NCBI GenBank assembly: GCA_036172245.1
Contig: JAYWIR010000001.1
Coordinates: 9,176,001-9,240,000 of the forward strand
Reading direction: 5' to 3'
Length of the DNA stretch: 64,000 nucleotides
Source of the DNA: Raillietiella orientalis
Lineage: Eukaryota
Shown: one piece after another, positions 24,270-45,562 of the stretch
Position numbering within the stretch: position 1 is the stretch's first letter
Layout: the number at the start of each line of letters is the position of its first letter
Made by a program: the position numbers and the translations under genes
Notes under the pieces: generated by a model
What the model saw: only the letters and a program-made list of their open reading frames with translations
What the model was told of the DNA's origin: nothing
Databases searched by the model: none

Positions 24270-25090
24270 AAAATTCTATAATAAGAATACAGGGATACTG
24301 TTATCGTGGTAGAACGCTTTGTTCTAACACGCGTGGAGGATTTTCCATAAACCGGTACGCAGACCGGTGAGTCCGCTCCAGCGGCGAAGGGGAAGGGAAA
24401 ACAAAACAAAAATAAACAAAAAATTAAAAACAGTGGGAGGGGAAGGTTTTGGGGGGAGGGTAGGTGGCGGGGAAGGGATCACTGGTCGTCCGGAGTCGTC
24501 CTCTGAATCCTATTCAGGATGCTGACAAGTTCTGTTTTTATTGTTCATAGTTGGGGCCATCGAGAGGCGGTCTCCAAGAAGATTTCCGCCCATTGGATGG
24601 CATCCCTGCTGCTTCGTGAGGACGTGGTGCCAGCTTTAGTATCGTGTTGCACGCTACAACCGTAGTGCAGCTAAGGTCGCGAAGGTTTATGCTCAAGGAA
24701 CCAGCTCTTGGTCCTGCTTACGGACGAAACCCCGTGATGTTGGGTATTCCACCCTATAGCAAAAAGGGGACTTGGCGGCCCTCTGCTACATATGCTTTTG
24801 TCTGTGCAAATGCTCCATGGACTGTATCGGTCATTGGTTTTGTGACCCTTTGAGCCTTCTTGCAAGCATCTGGTTTCCCTCTTGTCCTCGTCAATGCAGG
24901 ATGGCACTTGAATTTACTAGTACATTTTTTTGGCATCATAGAATGCTTCGACGCGGATCACAGAGAAAGCAATCAGAATGTTTCCGCAACACTGAGGCAG
25001 CACTCTTATGCAGTTTTGAACCCTTTAGAGGTAACTTCGAGTCGCTTACTCCCTCTTCTTTTCTTCTGGAATGTAAGGGATAAGGGAGGA
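24270..25090 (-). mobile_element. Unidentified retroelement-like 3' fragment with pyrimidine-rich tail
   Basis: Broken frames including a 'PSCIDEDKRETRC' Cys-containing stretch, followed by AATAAA (~24537-24542) and a C-rich tract on the minus strand. Confidence 0.25.
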
Positions 25091-26267
25091 AGTACAACGT
25101 TCGCGGTCATAGATAGAGACATTGATGTCCCCCAGTGTTTCCGAAAATAAATTGAGCCCACAAAATCTGGTTGCTATGTAGTTCGGTCATAATTAGTGCT
25201 ATAACATCTTTGTGTCAAGTGCTTAGCTATCGAATCAGCGGTAATTTTTGTAGCTAAATGTGAAAAGTTCACAAGAAATTGTGGTCTTGCTTATCATCAG
25301 TCAAGTCATTTTCCAAGTGAGACATCTCCAATATCTCCAATATTATTCGTGTGTTAGATGACTGAGCGAAGGTAAAATGGCGAAGGGTTTTTGACAACTC
25401 AAAGAAGGAATGAAGTTCTTTGTGAATAGGAAAGGGAATCTGGTTCCTGAAACGAAAAGAACGGTTGGTTTTGTGCCCTAGGATTTTTGGCATCTAGCAT
25501 TTATCACTGCCTCTTCAACAGAACTGGATACGGAGCCTCAAACAAGACTGAAATTCTGGGGAAACCAGCCTCTTGCAAACCACTTGACTCATTCATTCAA
25601 GGTGGAACTCATTACGGAAGGTGACGCAATAATGTATGATTCCTCCACCCAGTACTCAAAATGGGAAGAAACGTCGAAAACTCGGAGAAGAATTCGAAGA
25701 GGGCTTTCAGCGTTCCATGAGGAACTGAGTCGAAATTGTAATCACTTCAACTGGTTGTGGGCTCGAAATTTTCGAAATTCCCTCTGCTTGTGTGTCTCGC
25801 GCTGCGGTTCTGCGGACGGTGTTTTTTCCCCGAACACGCCGCCGCTTCGCGCCGGGCAATTCTGGCGGGGAAATGTGGCGCGTTAGCAACGACGGAATGC
25901 CCGTCGTCGCTGTGGAGGAACGAAATGGTTAACACATTTGAATGCTTAAGTGGTCGAGGCGATTGTCAGTATCGAAAAATCGGCTGGCTCCAGGCATACC
26001 CTATAAGACTGAGCAATGGTCAATCAATAAACAGAGCTAAGCATTACGAAAGACTTGAACTTGGTAGCAGTTTCAGCATCCCATGCATTCGCAGAACCAC
26101 TTCCAGGGATTGCAAAGTTTGCAGTATCGATTGCCAGTGTGGTGGTGTAGGTGTTCGTGTTCCTGAGGTTACAACTCCTGGGCAGATGATCGTGCTCGTA
26201 ACTGTGTGTGTAAACAGGGAATTCGTATTACAAGGTGCAGACTTTCTCAAAAGCTTTGAATTCTGCA

Positions 26268-27764
26268 ATGAATGAAGAAAGGGAGCAACAGGATTCTTAT
26301 GCTAGCTTGATGAATCCGAATGTGCAAAAATCCGTTGGTTGTCAGACCGAAAATTTTTCTTGTCTGACATCCAGTTCTTTAACGAGTGTCCCCAACATTT
26401 CACTTGGACTGGTTGAATTGTTACGAACCGAAAGTAAGGTTGATTATGCTGTGTGTCATCGAATTTCCCTCTTTATTTTACATTATTTAATGGAAAAAAT
26501 TCCATTCGTGAGATCCTCATTAAGTTTTCTGTTAGAATTTTTGGAAAATAATATACATATACCTGAGAATCAGATTGAAAATACTGCAGATGCACAATAT
26601 TTGAGAGCTATCTTATCAGAATTAAAAGCCAATCAAGAAGATGAACAGCAAAGAAATTGGATTTTATATGACGATGAGTCTATCATTTTAAAATGTTTGC
26701 AAGACTTGCTGTTTATTTTGGTAATTATGTTCAGTGACAGGAATCATCTTTTCCATTTTATCTTTAGTCAACAGCAGATTCAGTAGTGTGTTGCCATGTG
26801 ATTGAAACTGATGAATTTAGTTATATTCATTCGTTGATCAAATTTTATCAACTAGAGAGGCGACAATCAATTCAATTACTGTTGCTTCAAGTTTTTTTAA
26901 AATTATGTAGTCTAGGGAAAACGCTGCATGTTCTTTGTGAAAGTGTATTACCACTGGAAGTTGCCAAGTAAGTTGGCGTTTCTTTTAATAATTGTTTGAT
27001 TCCAAATCTAGAAATATGCTGAATTGTCAGAATCACGAAAAGTTAAAGTCCTCATCCTTGTTGTTAACTGTGCTTCTGTCTAGTGGGAGTACATTGCCAT
27101 CTGATTGCATTGGTAAGGGATTTTATTAAGTTGTAGTTTACTGTTGTGAAGAATTTTTCAACGAAGGTTTTCTCCATTTCCTTCTAAATACAATTGATGA
27201 AACTACATCAACCAGTGAAGGAGAGAAATTATCCCATCCATGCATTTCTCTCTTGTTGGCAATCAATTTACACTTTGTTGATAAATTATCCAATCCTCTT
27301 TTACGAATTCTTCCCTTACATCCTTCGCATAATATATTATATGAACGACTTCTTCTTTTTCTCAACTATGACAGTAAGTTCTAATCAATTGAAATGGGAC
27401 TTCAGCCAAGTTTTCAGATGATCCTACAGTTATATACAGTTGTGGAGCTTCTCGTATTCCTGCTGTTACCAAATTGTTGATAGACTTATTTTCATTTAAG
27501 CAAACTGCTGATCTTTTCTACACTAGTGATGTGAATGTACTATTAGATATTGTTATCAGACATCTTGTAGATATGAATCCACAGGACGGGGAACGAGTAA
27601 TGTTTCTTGAGTTATGCAATGGAATCCTCCAGAATGATAAAAGCATCTTATCACAACATCAGGAGGAGGAACTAATAACTTGTCTGCAAAGAATATCTGA
27701 AGAAGAATGTAGTGATTCGCAAAAAATTCTTGCTCAACAAATACACAAGGTCTTTAGCAAATAA
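26268..27764 (+). CDS. NCKIPSD: NCKIPSD/SPIN90/WISH-like WDS-family Arp2/3 activator (~440 aa, 5 coding exons; N-terminus uncertain)
   Basis: Exons 26268-26720, 26768-26967, 27012-27112, 27152-27373, 27418-27764 (1323 nt, in frame). Motifs: LVELLRTES, EDEQQRNWILYDDE, FYQLERRQSI, SVLPLEVA, LFYTSDVNVLLDIVIRHLVD. Confidence 0.85.
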
Positions 27765-30700
27765 CTTTTTTATATAGTATGCATCAAGCTGAATCATGAT
27801 TTAATTATGGCAGAATTATGCAAAATGTAGTAAAAAGTGAGTTATGTGTTTGCGTTTTCTTTCCCCAAGAATGTCAATGGAATCTTTGTCGACTGTAATT
27901 GTACAAATTTTCGGCCCACCCATGGCTTCAGATTTTTGCTGGTTTGTACGGTAAATCGAAATAATTTGAAAGAATCACGAAAAAATTCGAATACTTTGAT
28001 GTTGTAGTTGGAACAAATTTACTATTAAATGAGTGATTATCAGGGGAAGGGTTGCTTCGGTTATCATATGACGAAAAATCTTTGCTGCCACGATGATTTC
28101 GCGGCAGCTCCGAATCGACGAAGGTCGACGACCTGCGAGAAGGTTGTGGGCGGTTTGTCAGTAACATGCGGTAGCTCAAAACTGATGACATCCGAATGAT
28201 GAAAAGTCATTTTTTTTAAAAAAGATTTTAGTTTGACAAGACGTTCGTAACGGTGTCGGAAAATTTTCAGCCAATGAGTCGCGTGAAGAAATTCCCCGTT
28301 TCACTTAAGTGACTGTTTCGTTCATATGCAAATCTTTTGTGCTCCCATCCATCAATATGCATCCTTTTTATTGATGATAATACAGTAACTTATTCAGTGG
28401 TACATGGCAAGGTATTTGAGGTCCAGACGTTTCAAGTACATGCAGAGCGGCCAGGAAAAGCTACTTTGGGGAAAGCTCGTTTTCCCTCGCTGTGCTTTTG
28501 CAAGTGCATCCTTCCTTTAAAGTTTATGCTTTCATTCAGTTTACCATCAAGCCAAAATGTTTACATTATGTTTTGCATACTGCAAAGTGTCTTCGTATTT
28601 ACATAGACGTGCAAGTCACATTGCCATTCTGAAATTCACCGAAAGGTTCGAGTTCAGTTTAGTCCAGAAAAGATGCATTGCTATGGTGTTTTTTCTGCAG
28701 CATGATAGTTTGTGGCTGCTTGGTACTAAATACCCAGTGGTAACTATAGTAAAACAGAATCTGCAATTCAGTAGGAAACTGAAGTTAGCTTCTGTGAGTC
28801 GCTACCCTCTCTGCACGTGTAGATTACTGGCAATATCAAAAGACGAAGTACTGGAGTATTCTCTCGCAGAGGCTACTTGTCCAACAAATTTGTCGACGAA
28901 ATTTCCGGATCAGTTGCATTTATTTGACTTTGCTTACACAGGGGGCTGAGGGATGAGATCTTTGGACTAATCGGCAACTCAGCGATCTCAACCATTGGCG
29001 CTAAACAAACGCAAGCATAACGTCCATGCCACTCCGTACGTGTACACATTTAAGGGAATCACAATTGGACTTAGGAACACGAGCTGCTCCCGATTGAACC
29101 TCGAGAAAAGCTTTCCAGAACCAGTACTGTTTGCATTCCATAAAATGCCAGCTCCAGGCTTCGTTTCATGAAAGCAGAAAGTCTGTGAACTGAACGAAAC
29201 GAGCTTTTGCAATGAGAGGAGCGGGTGGAAGACTCCCATCCTTCGCTGGCCGAAACAGCCTGCCATCCCAATTGGACCCATACGCTCAAGAGATCACAAT
29301 CCACCTCTGCTCTACCAGCGATGAAGGGACATCCGGGTTCCGTTGACTCCTTCGCTAGCAAATCTTCCGAATTTCAGTCTTCCTCCTGGACTTATATCGG
29401 GAGCATTGCCATCTTCACATTCATTCAAGGACAATTCAGTTCAGTTCAAGTTTTTTTTCGAAACATGGTGCACATTCTTTTTTCACAAGATAGAGATGTG
29501 ACTCTGTACGAGCACTAGCAGTAAAGTATCAAAACTCCAGTGACTGAGAATCCATTCTCGTGGGTTTCTCATTTATTTTTCTTCTCGGTATAACACTCGA
29601 ATAAAGTGTGGGAGGCTTCATATTTCGGGCAGGTTCGTCTACGAGGGAGCCAAAACCATCTTAACCATCTCGGACTCTGACGATTCGTAGTGCTTACAGA
29701 CTTATGTCTCTGACGCTCCCATCGTCTGGAATTCCATGTCTGCGAATGTCCTCTGATACTGCCTTTAAATCCAAATACGTCTGTCTATTAATATCGACAT
29801 TTCACTTTCAAGTTTCTTCCAAAGGAAAAACCTCGAGTATAGGTATTACTCCATTTCATCTGCGATACTTCTGCAGTAATTACAACCTTTTAGAGTAGAT
29901 CCGATAACATTTGCAGAAATAGAGCTTCTGATTGCTGGCATGAGGGGCCAGAGGCATCAACAGTTGGAAATTTCACCAGTTCTGGGGAATATGGATGTGG
30001 TGCATTCTGAATCTAATTGTGATCTTCAGCACCAATCGAAGAGAGATTCCTTGGATAGGTTGCTTTCCGGAAACTCAATTCGATAGATGGGAACGAAAAC
30101 GATCCAGAACAAGTCAAGGGCCACTCTGACGAATGAAAATGGGTGCACTTCTGCTATAGCAATTCAAATTGCAGCCATGTTTACGTAGGAAAAAGTGTAC
30201 CTCTAGAGCAGAACACATTGAAATGAGTGGCCGCCATGTTTTCCGATGTGTGTGTTATTCATAAGCGGATTGTCAACTTCAGTTCCGGAAATAACTCGCA
30301 TTGCATGGTTTTGATTAAGAGCCCTTCCCCCCACCCTTTTTTTTTTTTTTTACGTTTTCACTCTTACTTTTTATGAGTATTATTTTCGGGCCATTGAGAG
30401 GAAACCAATTGCAGTCCTTTCCTGGGTATGTCATAGTATCATACCATGAGAAAATTAAGAAAACAGACTTCTTGTTTCATAGCGAGAAGATGCCAACTCC
30501 TAAATAAACGTGCACCACAATACTTTATAAACTTTAGTCAAAAATGGTAAAGAACCTCTAAGTTTGAAGCAATGTCCAAAGGAAAGAATTCGATCATTTT
30601 AAGAATTGTTGACCTTCAAGTAAGATTGGATCTCGTGGTTTGAGAGCAACGTTTTTCGAGAAGTCAGTTTCTCAAAGTGAATTAATGACCCTGACTGTGC

Positions 30701-33700
30701 ATTTGTCACGCCTTTTTAAAATAAAGATTTCAGGTTATTTGTGACCTTGGAAAGGGGTCTTTCGGGAAGTATTCTCGATTTTCATCAAGAAAAAAAATTC
30801 CCAACGGAAAGTACTTTTGTTCGCTAAATATTAATTGTAACTTTTTTTTTCTTTTCTTTATGTGGTTGCATTTCGTGCTTAACATACTTTAACTCGATGT
30901 CCTTTCCCTCACGTCTATACTTCACTTGGCTAGCGGTGTTGTGCCTTTATAAGATGTTTTTGAGCATTTTGTTTTGCCTCTTCCTTATCCAGGTGTGCAT
31001 AGTTCAGTTTGCACTCTACGTGTTTGGTGAAAACGGAATTATCAGCTTCATCTCTGCAAGCAATTATTCGAAGATCATTATATGTACTGTACATCACCAA
31101 AAACATGGTGCTTAAGAATTCCATGAGAATTCAGCAAATGGCAAGAATCATGTTCCTAAAATATATATTCTAGACACTTGGCATTTTTTCACAGAAGCAT
31201 AAAGAAATGTTTGATCCTCATTTCCTTAATTACTTCCAATCGTATAGTGCATGAAATTAGACGCTCTAATTTTCATTTTGAATTTTGGAGTTGAATTGTG
31301 AACTCATGAGTAAATTTGGAATTACTTGAATTTTCAAATTTATCGACAGTTTGCATTTTTGAAATCAACTGCATCGTATTTTCATCCCCTTGCACCCAAG
31401 AAAATGAAGCTCCAAAGTTTATAAAAACAGCAATCTACACATGATGCTCACAATCGTTGTTGCCGTTTTAATCTTTAACTTTTGGAATTCGTGTATTCTT
31501 TCGGAATTTCGAATGCTAAGTGACAGTAGCTGTGCAACATGAATGAAATGTAAAAAGATTAGGTTTGGAAATTCCTGGGTAATCCCTTGACATCGTTTCG
31601 AACACACGCAACGGAATTTCGTTTCCAAATTCCATTTGGCAATAACTTCAGACTTGCTTGAGGATTCTTTTATATAACAAAATCAATCACCTAAATACGA
31701 AAGGAAAACAAAGGAATTCCCCGTGAGCCCAAGACTTGCAGATTGTGCGGCTACGCTCTGAAGATTTTTAAAAACTTTTGGAAAACCGGAAACCATCTTG
31801 CAACGTTTTTCTCATTTTCTTTCGTGTTGTACAGAACATTGGTTTAGTATGGTTATCGGAACCAGTAGATAACAGTGTTGCATCTCTATTTTCTATTGCA
31901 AAGGACCGTATCAGTCCAGATTTCTTCAGACACATTTGGGCCACGGTGTCCTTTGCACTCGATCAGCTCCTTACCATTCCAGATCTACGTGTTTTCGTTT
32001 AAGTCTCCTATCCTTAAAGGTAAGATGCATGGAGGTAGTCCAAGACCGAAGACATGAGTACGAAGGAAATCAGTATTCCCAAATTTGAGGGAAACAGGGA
32101 TAAGCAGCAACTCTCAAGATTGACAGAGAGAATCCAGAGATCCGCGAAATATTTAAGCAAACTGGTGTCTAATTTTATTCTTGAAAATTTTTGAAGGAAT
32201 TTTTGTTTTTATGGGAGTTGGAAATGAAAGCCTGTCATAAATAAGCCATTTTCGGTATTCTACTTGCTACTTCAGCGAATCTGCGTGGACTTTGATGTTT
32301 GCCTCCTACGGTTTTGATAGTGCAATTTATGGTATCGGAAAAAAATAAATCCTATTTGGAACTTGGAGAGCGATTACGTTATGGCAAAGATCGTGAAGAA
32401 ACGAATGCTATTTCATTTCGCGGCAAAATTATTAGCAGCAAAAGCAGGAAATGCATGACGGGCAGATAGGATAGCATTGGAATGTACGTAAAATGATTTC
32501 GCAAATTTCGTAGCGTCCCCCACGATTCCAAAGCTGCTGAAAAGTAGGCTGAAAATTGGCTTGGAATGGACTCTAGGAGAGGGAAGGCTCCACGATGGAG
32601 TGACTTTGAAGCTGCTGCGCGTCTTCACCGGTGGTCGACACCACCGCGTACGGCGAGCCGTGGCTGAAAGTGAGTTGCCACACGAAGCGGAAGAAGAAAA
32701 AAAACAACGTGAAGATTGGCCGTGCTGTCGGATAAGCCGAAGGAGGAAAGTGGCATTTGTGGGACAAGCCTTCTTTGTGGTCATTTCCAAATCCTCGTGC
32801 GAGGGGGGGGGGGAGGGGGAAGGGGGAGAGGGGAAGGGAAAAGAGAAAGAAAGAAAAAAATAAATAAATAAAAGGCCTCCAATGCTAGTCGTTAATAAGT
32901 TCGTCAACGGATGCGTCTCCTAATGGTTCGCTGGAAAATCCGGATCGATCGGTCACACTTTTTCAGGGGAATGGCTCCCCAAGGTTCTCCCACCTCAATT
33001 AATACTTAGTAGTCATTCGTAACGAGTGTTTCCAGCTCCATGCCGCCCATGCAATCGTGCATAACGTGTTTTGTTGATTGATGCCGGAAGAGATTCCATT
33101 GCAAAGGAAAGTATGCGAATTGATTGGTTGGATTGTTTTACTTGTCGGTGTGATTTGCTCAGCTCTGGTGCGGTGGTAATTGCTGGTAGGTGTGCTGTGG
33201 TTCCCGTTCGAAACAGTTGCTTTTCGTTTTTTTTTTCTTTTTCTTCTTCTCTCCCTCCCTTTTTTTTTTTTTTCTTTCCTCTCTCCCTAGTGGTTTTGCT
33301 TTTAGAGAATGTGCATTACATACTGTAAAGTTACGGGGATTGGGGAGGCAGTATTTATGTTGGTTCGTTTTGGGTTGGCCCTTTTGTCTGGATTTTGTTG
33401 CTTCCATGAGGGAAAAAGTTTTTTTCCTTTCTTTACAGATAGCGGCTCAAAGATTAATAAAGTAAACATTTATGTTTATGCAGAGAAAATTTATGTAGGC
33501 TGTGTAGAAAAAATTTATGATTAGGTAAATATTCTGTAAATATTGAAAGTGAATGTTTGTCGTGTTAACTTGTATTTAAACAATGCAATAAGGACGATTT
33601 TTGCCTGTGGTATTTTCATAGCAAAATAAAAGTTCTCAGTAAAAGTATGTGCGAAAGTAAGATATAAAAACTTGCAAATTCATAATTAAATCGCTGAAGG

Positions 33701-33706
33701 CTGGTG

Positions 33707-33738
33707 GCAGCCATATTGAATAATAGGTGGATGCAAAT
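33707..33738 (+). promoter_or_regulatory. Candidate Chc promoter/5' UTR elements (YY1/Pho-like GCAGCCATATTG and octamer ATGCAAAT)
   Basis: Motif matches lie 80-110 nt upstream of the Chc ATG; sequence match only. Confidence 0.35.
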
Positions 33739-33816
33739 TTCATAAATTGGTCATTTGATAGCCTGAAGGAAGTTGTGATCCAAGTGAAGTTTTAAACGTA
33801 GTCATCGAAGAACAAG

Positions 33817-42045
<8,229 letters not shown>

Positions 42046-42207
42046 AACAGTGGTTGTTGGTGTATTCACATGAATCTATTCACTTATTCTTGGTTAGTTA
42101 GTTCTGGGGTTCATTCAGTTGAACTAGCTATGAATATATTGATGGTTGTAAAGTGTGCAACTATCAAATGAAGAGAATGTAGAGCGTTCAGTCTAACTCA
42201 TAATGAA

Positions 42208-42237
42208 AATAAAATAGCAGATTTATTGCAGAATAAA
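42208..42237 (+). terminator. Candidate Chc polyadenylation signals (two AATAAA)
   Basis: AATAAA at 42208-42213 and 42232-42237, ~160-190 nt after the stop codon. Confidence 0.55.
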
Positions 42238-42379
42238 TACAATATGTTACGTATTTTCATGGCAGGGAACTGTGAGGTGTATTGGAGCAGTTGGGGTTTG
42301 ACGATCCCCCCATTCCCGAGTCATTTTGTACATGATGAATACGTAGTAGTGTGTTTCATTTAGGTAATTACCTTTGGCA

Positions 42380-45300
42380 ATGGCAGATAGGCTCACTCAG
42401 CTGCAAGATGCTGTCAATCAGGTAGAAAGAAGTAACATAATTTTTTCAATATATTTACTTGTTTAAATTGCATCATTATTTGCATTTGACTTTTCTAGCT
42501 TGGGGATACCATGTGCAATAGCATTGGTATTCTTCAGCAGTGTGCTGTACCAAGTGTTTTTACTGGGTTTGAGAGAATTTCTAAAGCCCCCTCTCAACAA
42601 GTTCAGGAAGGTATAACAGTGAGTTATTTTGTAATAGCAGATAAAATTTGTTTGGCTCAAATTGTAAGTGCAAACAGGAAGCCCAAATAAATTATATTAT
42701 TTGAAATTATATGAAAATGCATCAGAATAAATTTGAATTTTAGATTACTATAGTGAACTTAACTCAGTACTATGTATTTGGTTTGCTGTGTTTCCGAGCT
42801 CAAGGTTAAACTCTCTTATTCTTATTTGCAGTTCAACTTTAAATTGTTTGAAATATTTGAAAGTCTTTGCTGCATGTTAATGATATTGTGTTTCACACTG
42901 ATTCCATCCTTTAGAAAAAAAATTCAGTGCTGATATGAATGTGTGAATTACCTATGCATGTGAAATAACACATCTTCCTACATGTATGGTGTTTTTTTTT
43001 TTTTTTATAATGATGTATGTATTATTTTTTTTTTTTTCATCCTCCGAAAATTTCTTTGTGAAGACAGTGCATTCCATTGTTTGCTCATTAAAGAGTGTAC
43101 TTTTTAAATTGATATATCTAATGGAACCAGATATTTTCAAATCATGCATGTGCACATAGCTGCAAATCCGTCATATTCAAAATGATTTTTCCCAAGTTTA
43201 GAGGCCCTGTAGCTTGTGATTTCACAAGTACATCTGTGTGAAGGCAATTAGTATATCAGCATCCAAGCAATAGTAAAATTTCTTGTTGCTTTTAGCATAT
43301 TGGTATGTGGATGTTGCCACAGTATAATTGTAAAGATTGACATTTTAATGCCAGTGAATCTGTAGCATTTTCTTTCTTTCTATTTTTTGTTTTTGTTTTT
43401 TTTTTTAGATACTTATACTCGTATTATAGAAGAGAATGCATTTCGATTGAGTTCTTTATGAAGTTTTCAGTGTGCTAATACTTTTCTTGATAAATTTTTC
43501 GTGAAGTTGTTTCATGAAATATCCTTTCATGTTGAAAATGAGTTTAAACATCAATTGTCCTTGATGCCTAAACTCAAAATGAGTATCCCAATTTTTAAAC
43601 ATCGTTGCCGCCTACTATGTTTAATTGAGGAACAGCATCATGAAATGCATTTTCGTGGAAAATTTTCTAGTACATCTTCCCAAACTTTGTCAGTCATCTT
43701 GAGAGCTGAAATTCTTTGTAGCATGTGTTGACAAATTTGAATGTAAACTTCGACATAGTAGTATCATAAATCCTGAGCTAATTGGGATTTTTTTATAGTG
43801 GAGACTTTTCAGATTTGGTTTCAGCATTTCACATTTGAGGAATTTAGAATTGTTCAGTCTCTTAGTTTTTGTTTAACTTTTGATATTTTTTTGTATAAAC
43901 AGTTGCAGATTTCACGATGTGCCTTAGGTGTGACATCTGAAGTTTTCATTTGTGATGTTTAGTTTTCAAAATCTTTGTGATTCAGCAGTGGTAATCCTGT
44001 ACTAATCTGAATTGTGCAGGTTTTTTAAATTAGTTTTTTGCATGCACAATTTCCTCAGAAGACTGTACTTCATAAAGATACGCTATTCTTCCATCTTTAG
44101 TGGGTTAATTAATTGAAATAGTCTTCTTACTTATGCCTTGCTTTCCAATCTCCAATTTTCAGCACATTTCAAGGATGCATCCCTATCAAAATATACATCA
44201 AAATGGTACTGTGGACCATCAGAAAAAATGCCTTGCTGAGCCTCAGATTTGGGAAATTTGTATTCACAGAATTAGTTATAGGATCTGAAAGGATGTGATT
44301 GTTGTGCCCAGATATAAGAGCAGAGTTGTTTCTTGGAGAAATGAAAAATGTGCTAATTAATTTCAGATGTTGCCAAGAAACTTGGTTGAAAAATGCCTGC
44401 GTTTTTTGAAAATTGCGTTTGAAAAACTAACCAATTTCAATTAAAAATAGCTATTTAAGTGTGGGAGTGCAAAATTACGTAAGAAGCTGCAATGAGCTAA
44501 AGCTATATGATCAATGTTTAGTCTTTATTGTGCAATATTGAAATTACAGTTAGCGTTTGTCTTCCCCAGTTCTCTGAGAATTAAGCATTGTATGTTTGTG
44601 ATAAATTCTTACCACTTTGGTTTGCCGAAGCTGTTTCAAAAATGGCTTTAGGATTTTTCAAAATAAACTATGGTACTATAAAATCGACTTTTCTAAATAG
44701 CATCGCAATTTGAATACTTTTGAGTATTTGCTCTAAGTTTCGTTGTTGGTTAATAACGATTATAGAAAATGCAAAATTCACAGCAAGGGGGGCAATTCCA
44801 AGATTGTATATTGAAAAGTGTAGTTTTTAAAGATCAAGAAATTGTTTGATTTTTATAGTCCTGGTATCAGTATATCACACTAGGATCTGAAGAATGTGAG
44901 GTATACTCTGTTACATACTAGTTCAATTTACTGACACTGACTTTTTTTATCTGAATGGTGACTGTAGATCAAACTAGGAAGTAGAATGAATCTCATGTGA
45001 CATTAACATTGTTCAAGTTACTATGAGAATAAAAATAAATTTTTATTAACAACAAATAATGATTCCCAACTCCAACCTCTCTTTAATAAAATTAGATTAT
45101 GCTCATTTGTTTGCAACCTTAATCGCACGTACGGCAACCGATATTGATATACTTATTGATTCACTCCCTTCAGAGGAGTCTTCAGCTGAATTACAGGTAT
45201 GAGATCCAGTGTGAATTTTAGACACTAATGTGTGTGTATTCTTTATAGACTGTAAGTTTGAGAAAGCTTGAGCAAGAGAATCAGGAAGCTGCTGATAAAT

Positions 45301-45425
45301 TAAAAGGAAGTGTACAATATGGAGAACAACTTCTAGAGCAGATACAAAATGTTTTACATGATATTGCCAAAAAACAACTGGATACCAGAAAATGTTTTTT
45401 AGATGATTGTATTATGGGTTCTTAA
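42380..45425 (+). CDS. MED21: Mediator subunit 21 (~143 aa, 4 exons)
   Basis: Exons 42380-42421 ([14 protein letters not shown]), 42499-42610 ([10 protein letters not shown]), 45096-45196 ([30 protein letters not shown]) and 45249-45425 (LEQENQEAA); 432 nt, in frame. Absent from the ORF track. Confidence 0.95.
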
Positions 45426-45562
45426 TACATGTTTTTATATTTTAAACTTTCTGAAATCAGTGATGTTTCTGGAGTGCTTTTCATTTTTGTTTTCCATCTA
45501 CCTTTCAGAATGTCATAACATGTTATAGCTAGAGCTGTATGATTTTGATTCAGTAAACCAAA

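Noticed and set aside
25757..26275. 172-aa Cys-rich ORF upstream of NCKIPSD as its missing N-terminus
   Set aside because: Different frame, TTG start, no SH3 signature, and no splice that joins it in frame.
28337..30150. Cluster of 64-130 aa ORFs between NCKIPSD and Chc
   Set aside because: No recognisable domain; frames are interrupted on both strands.
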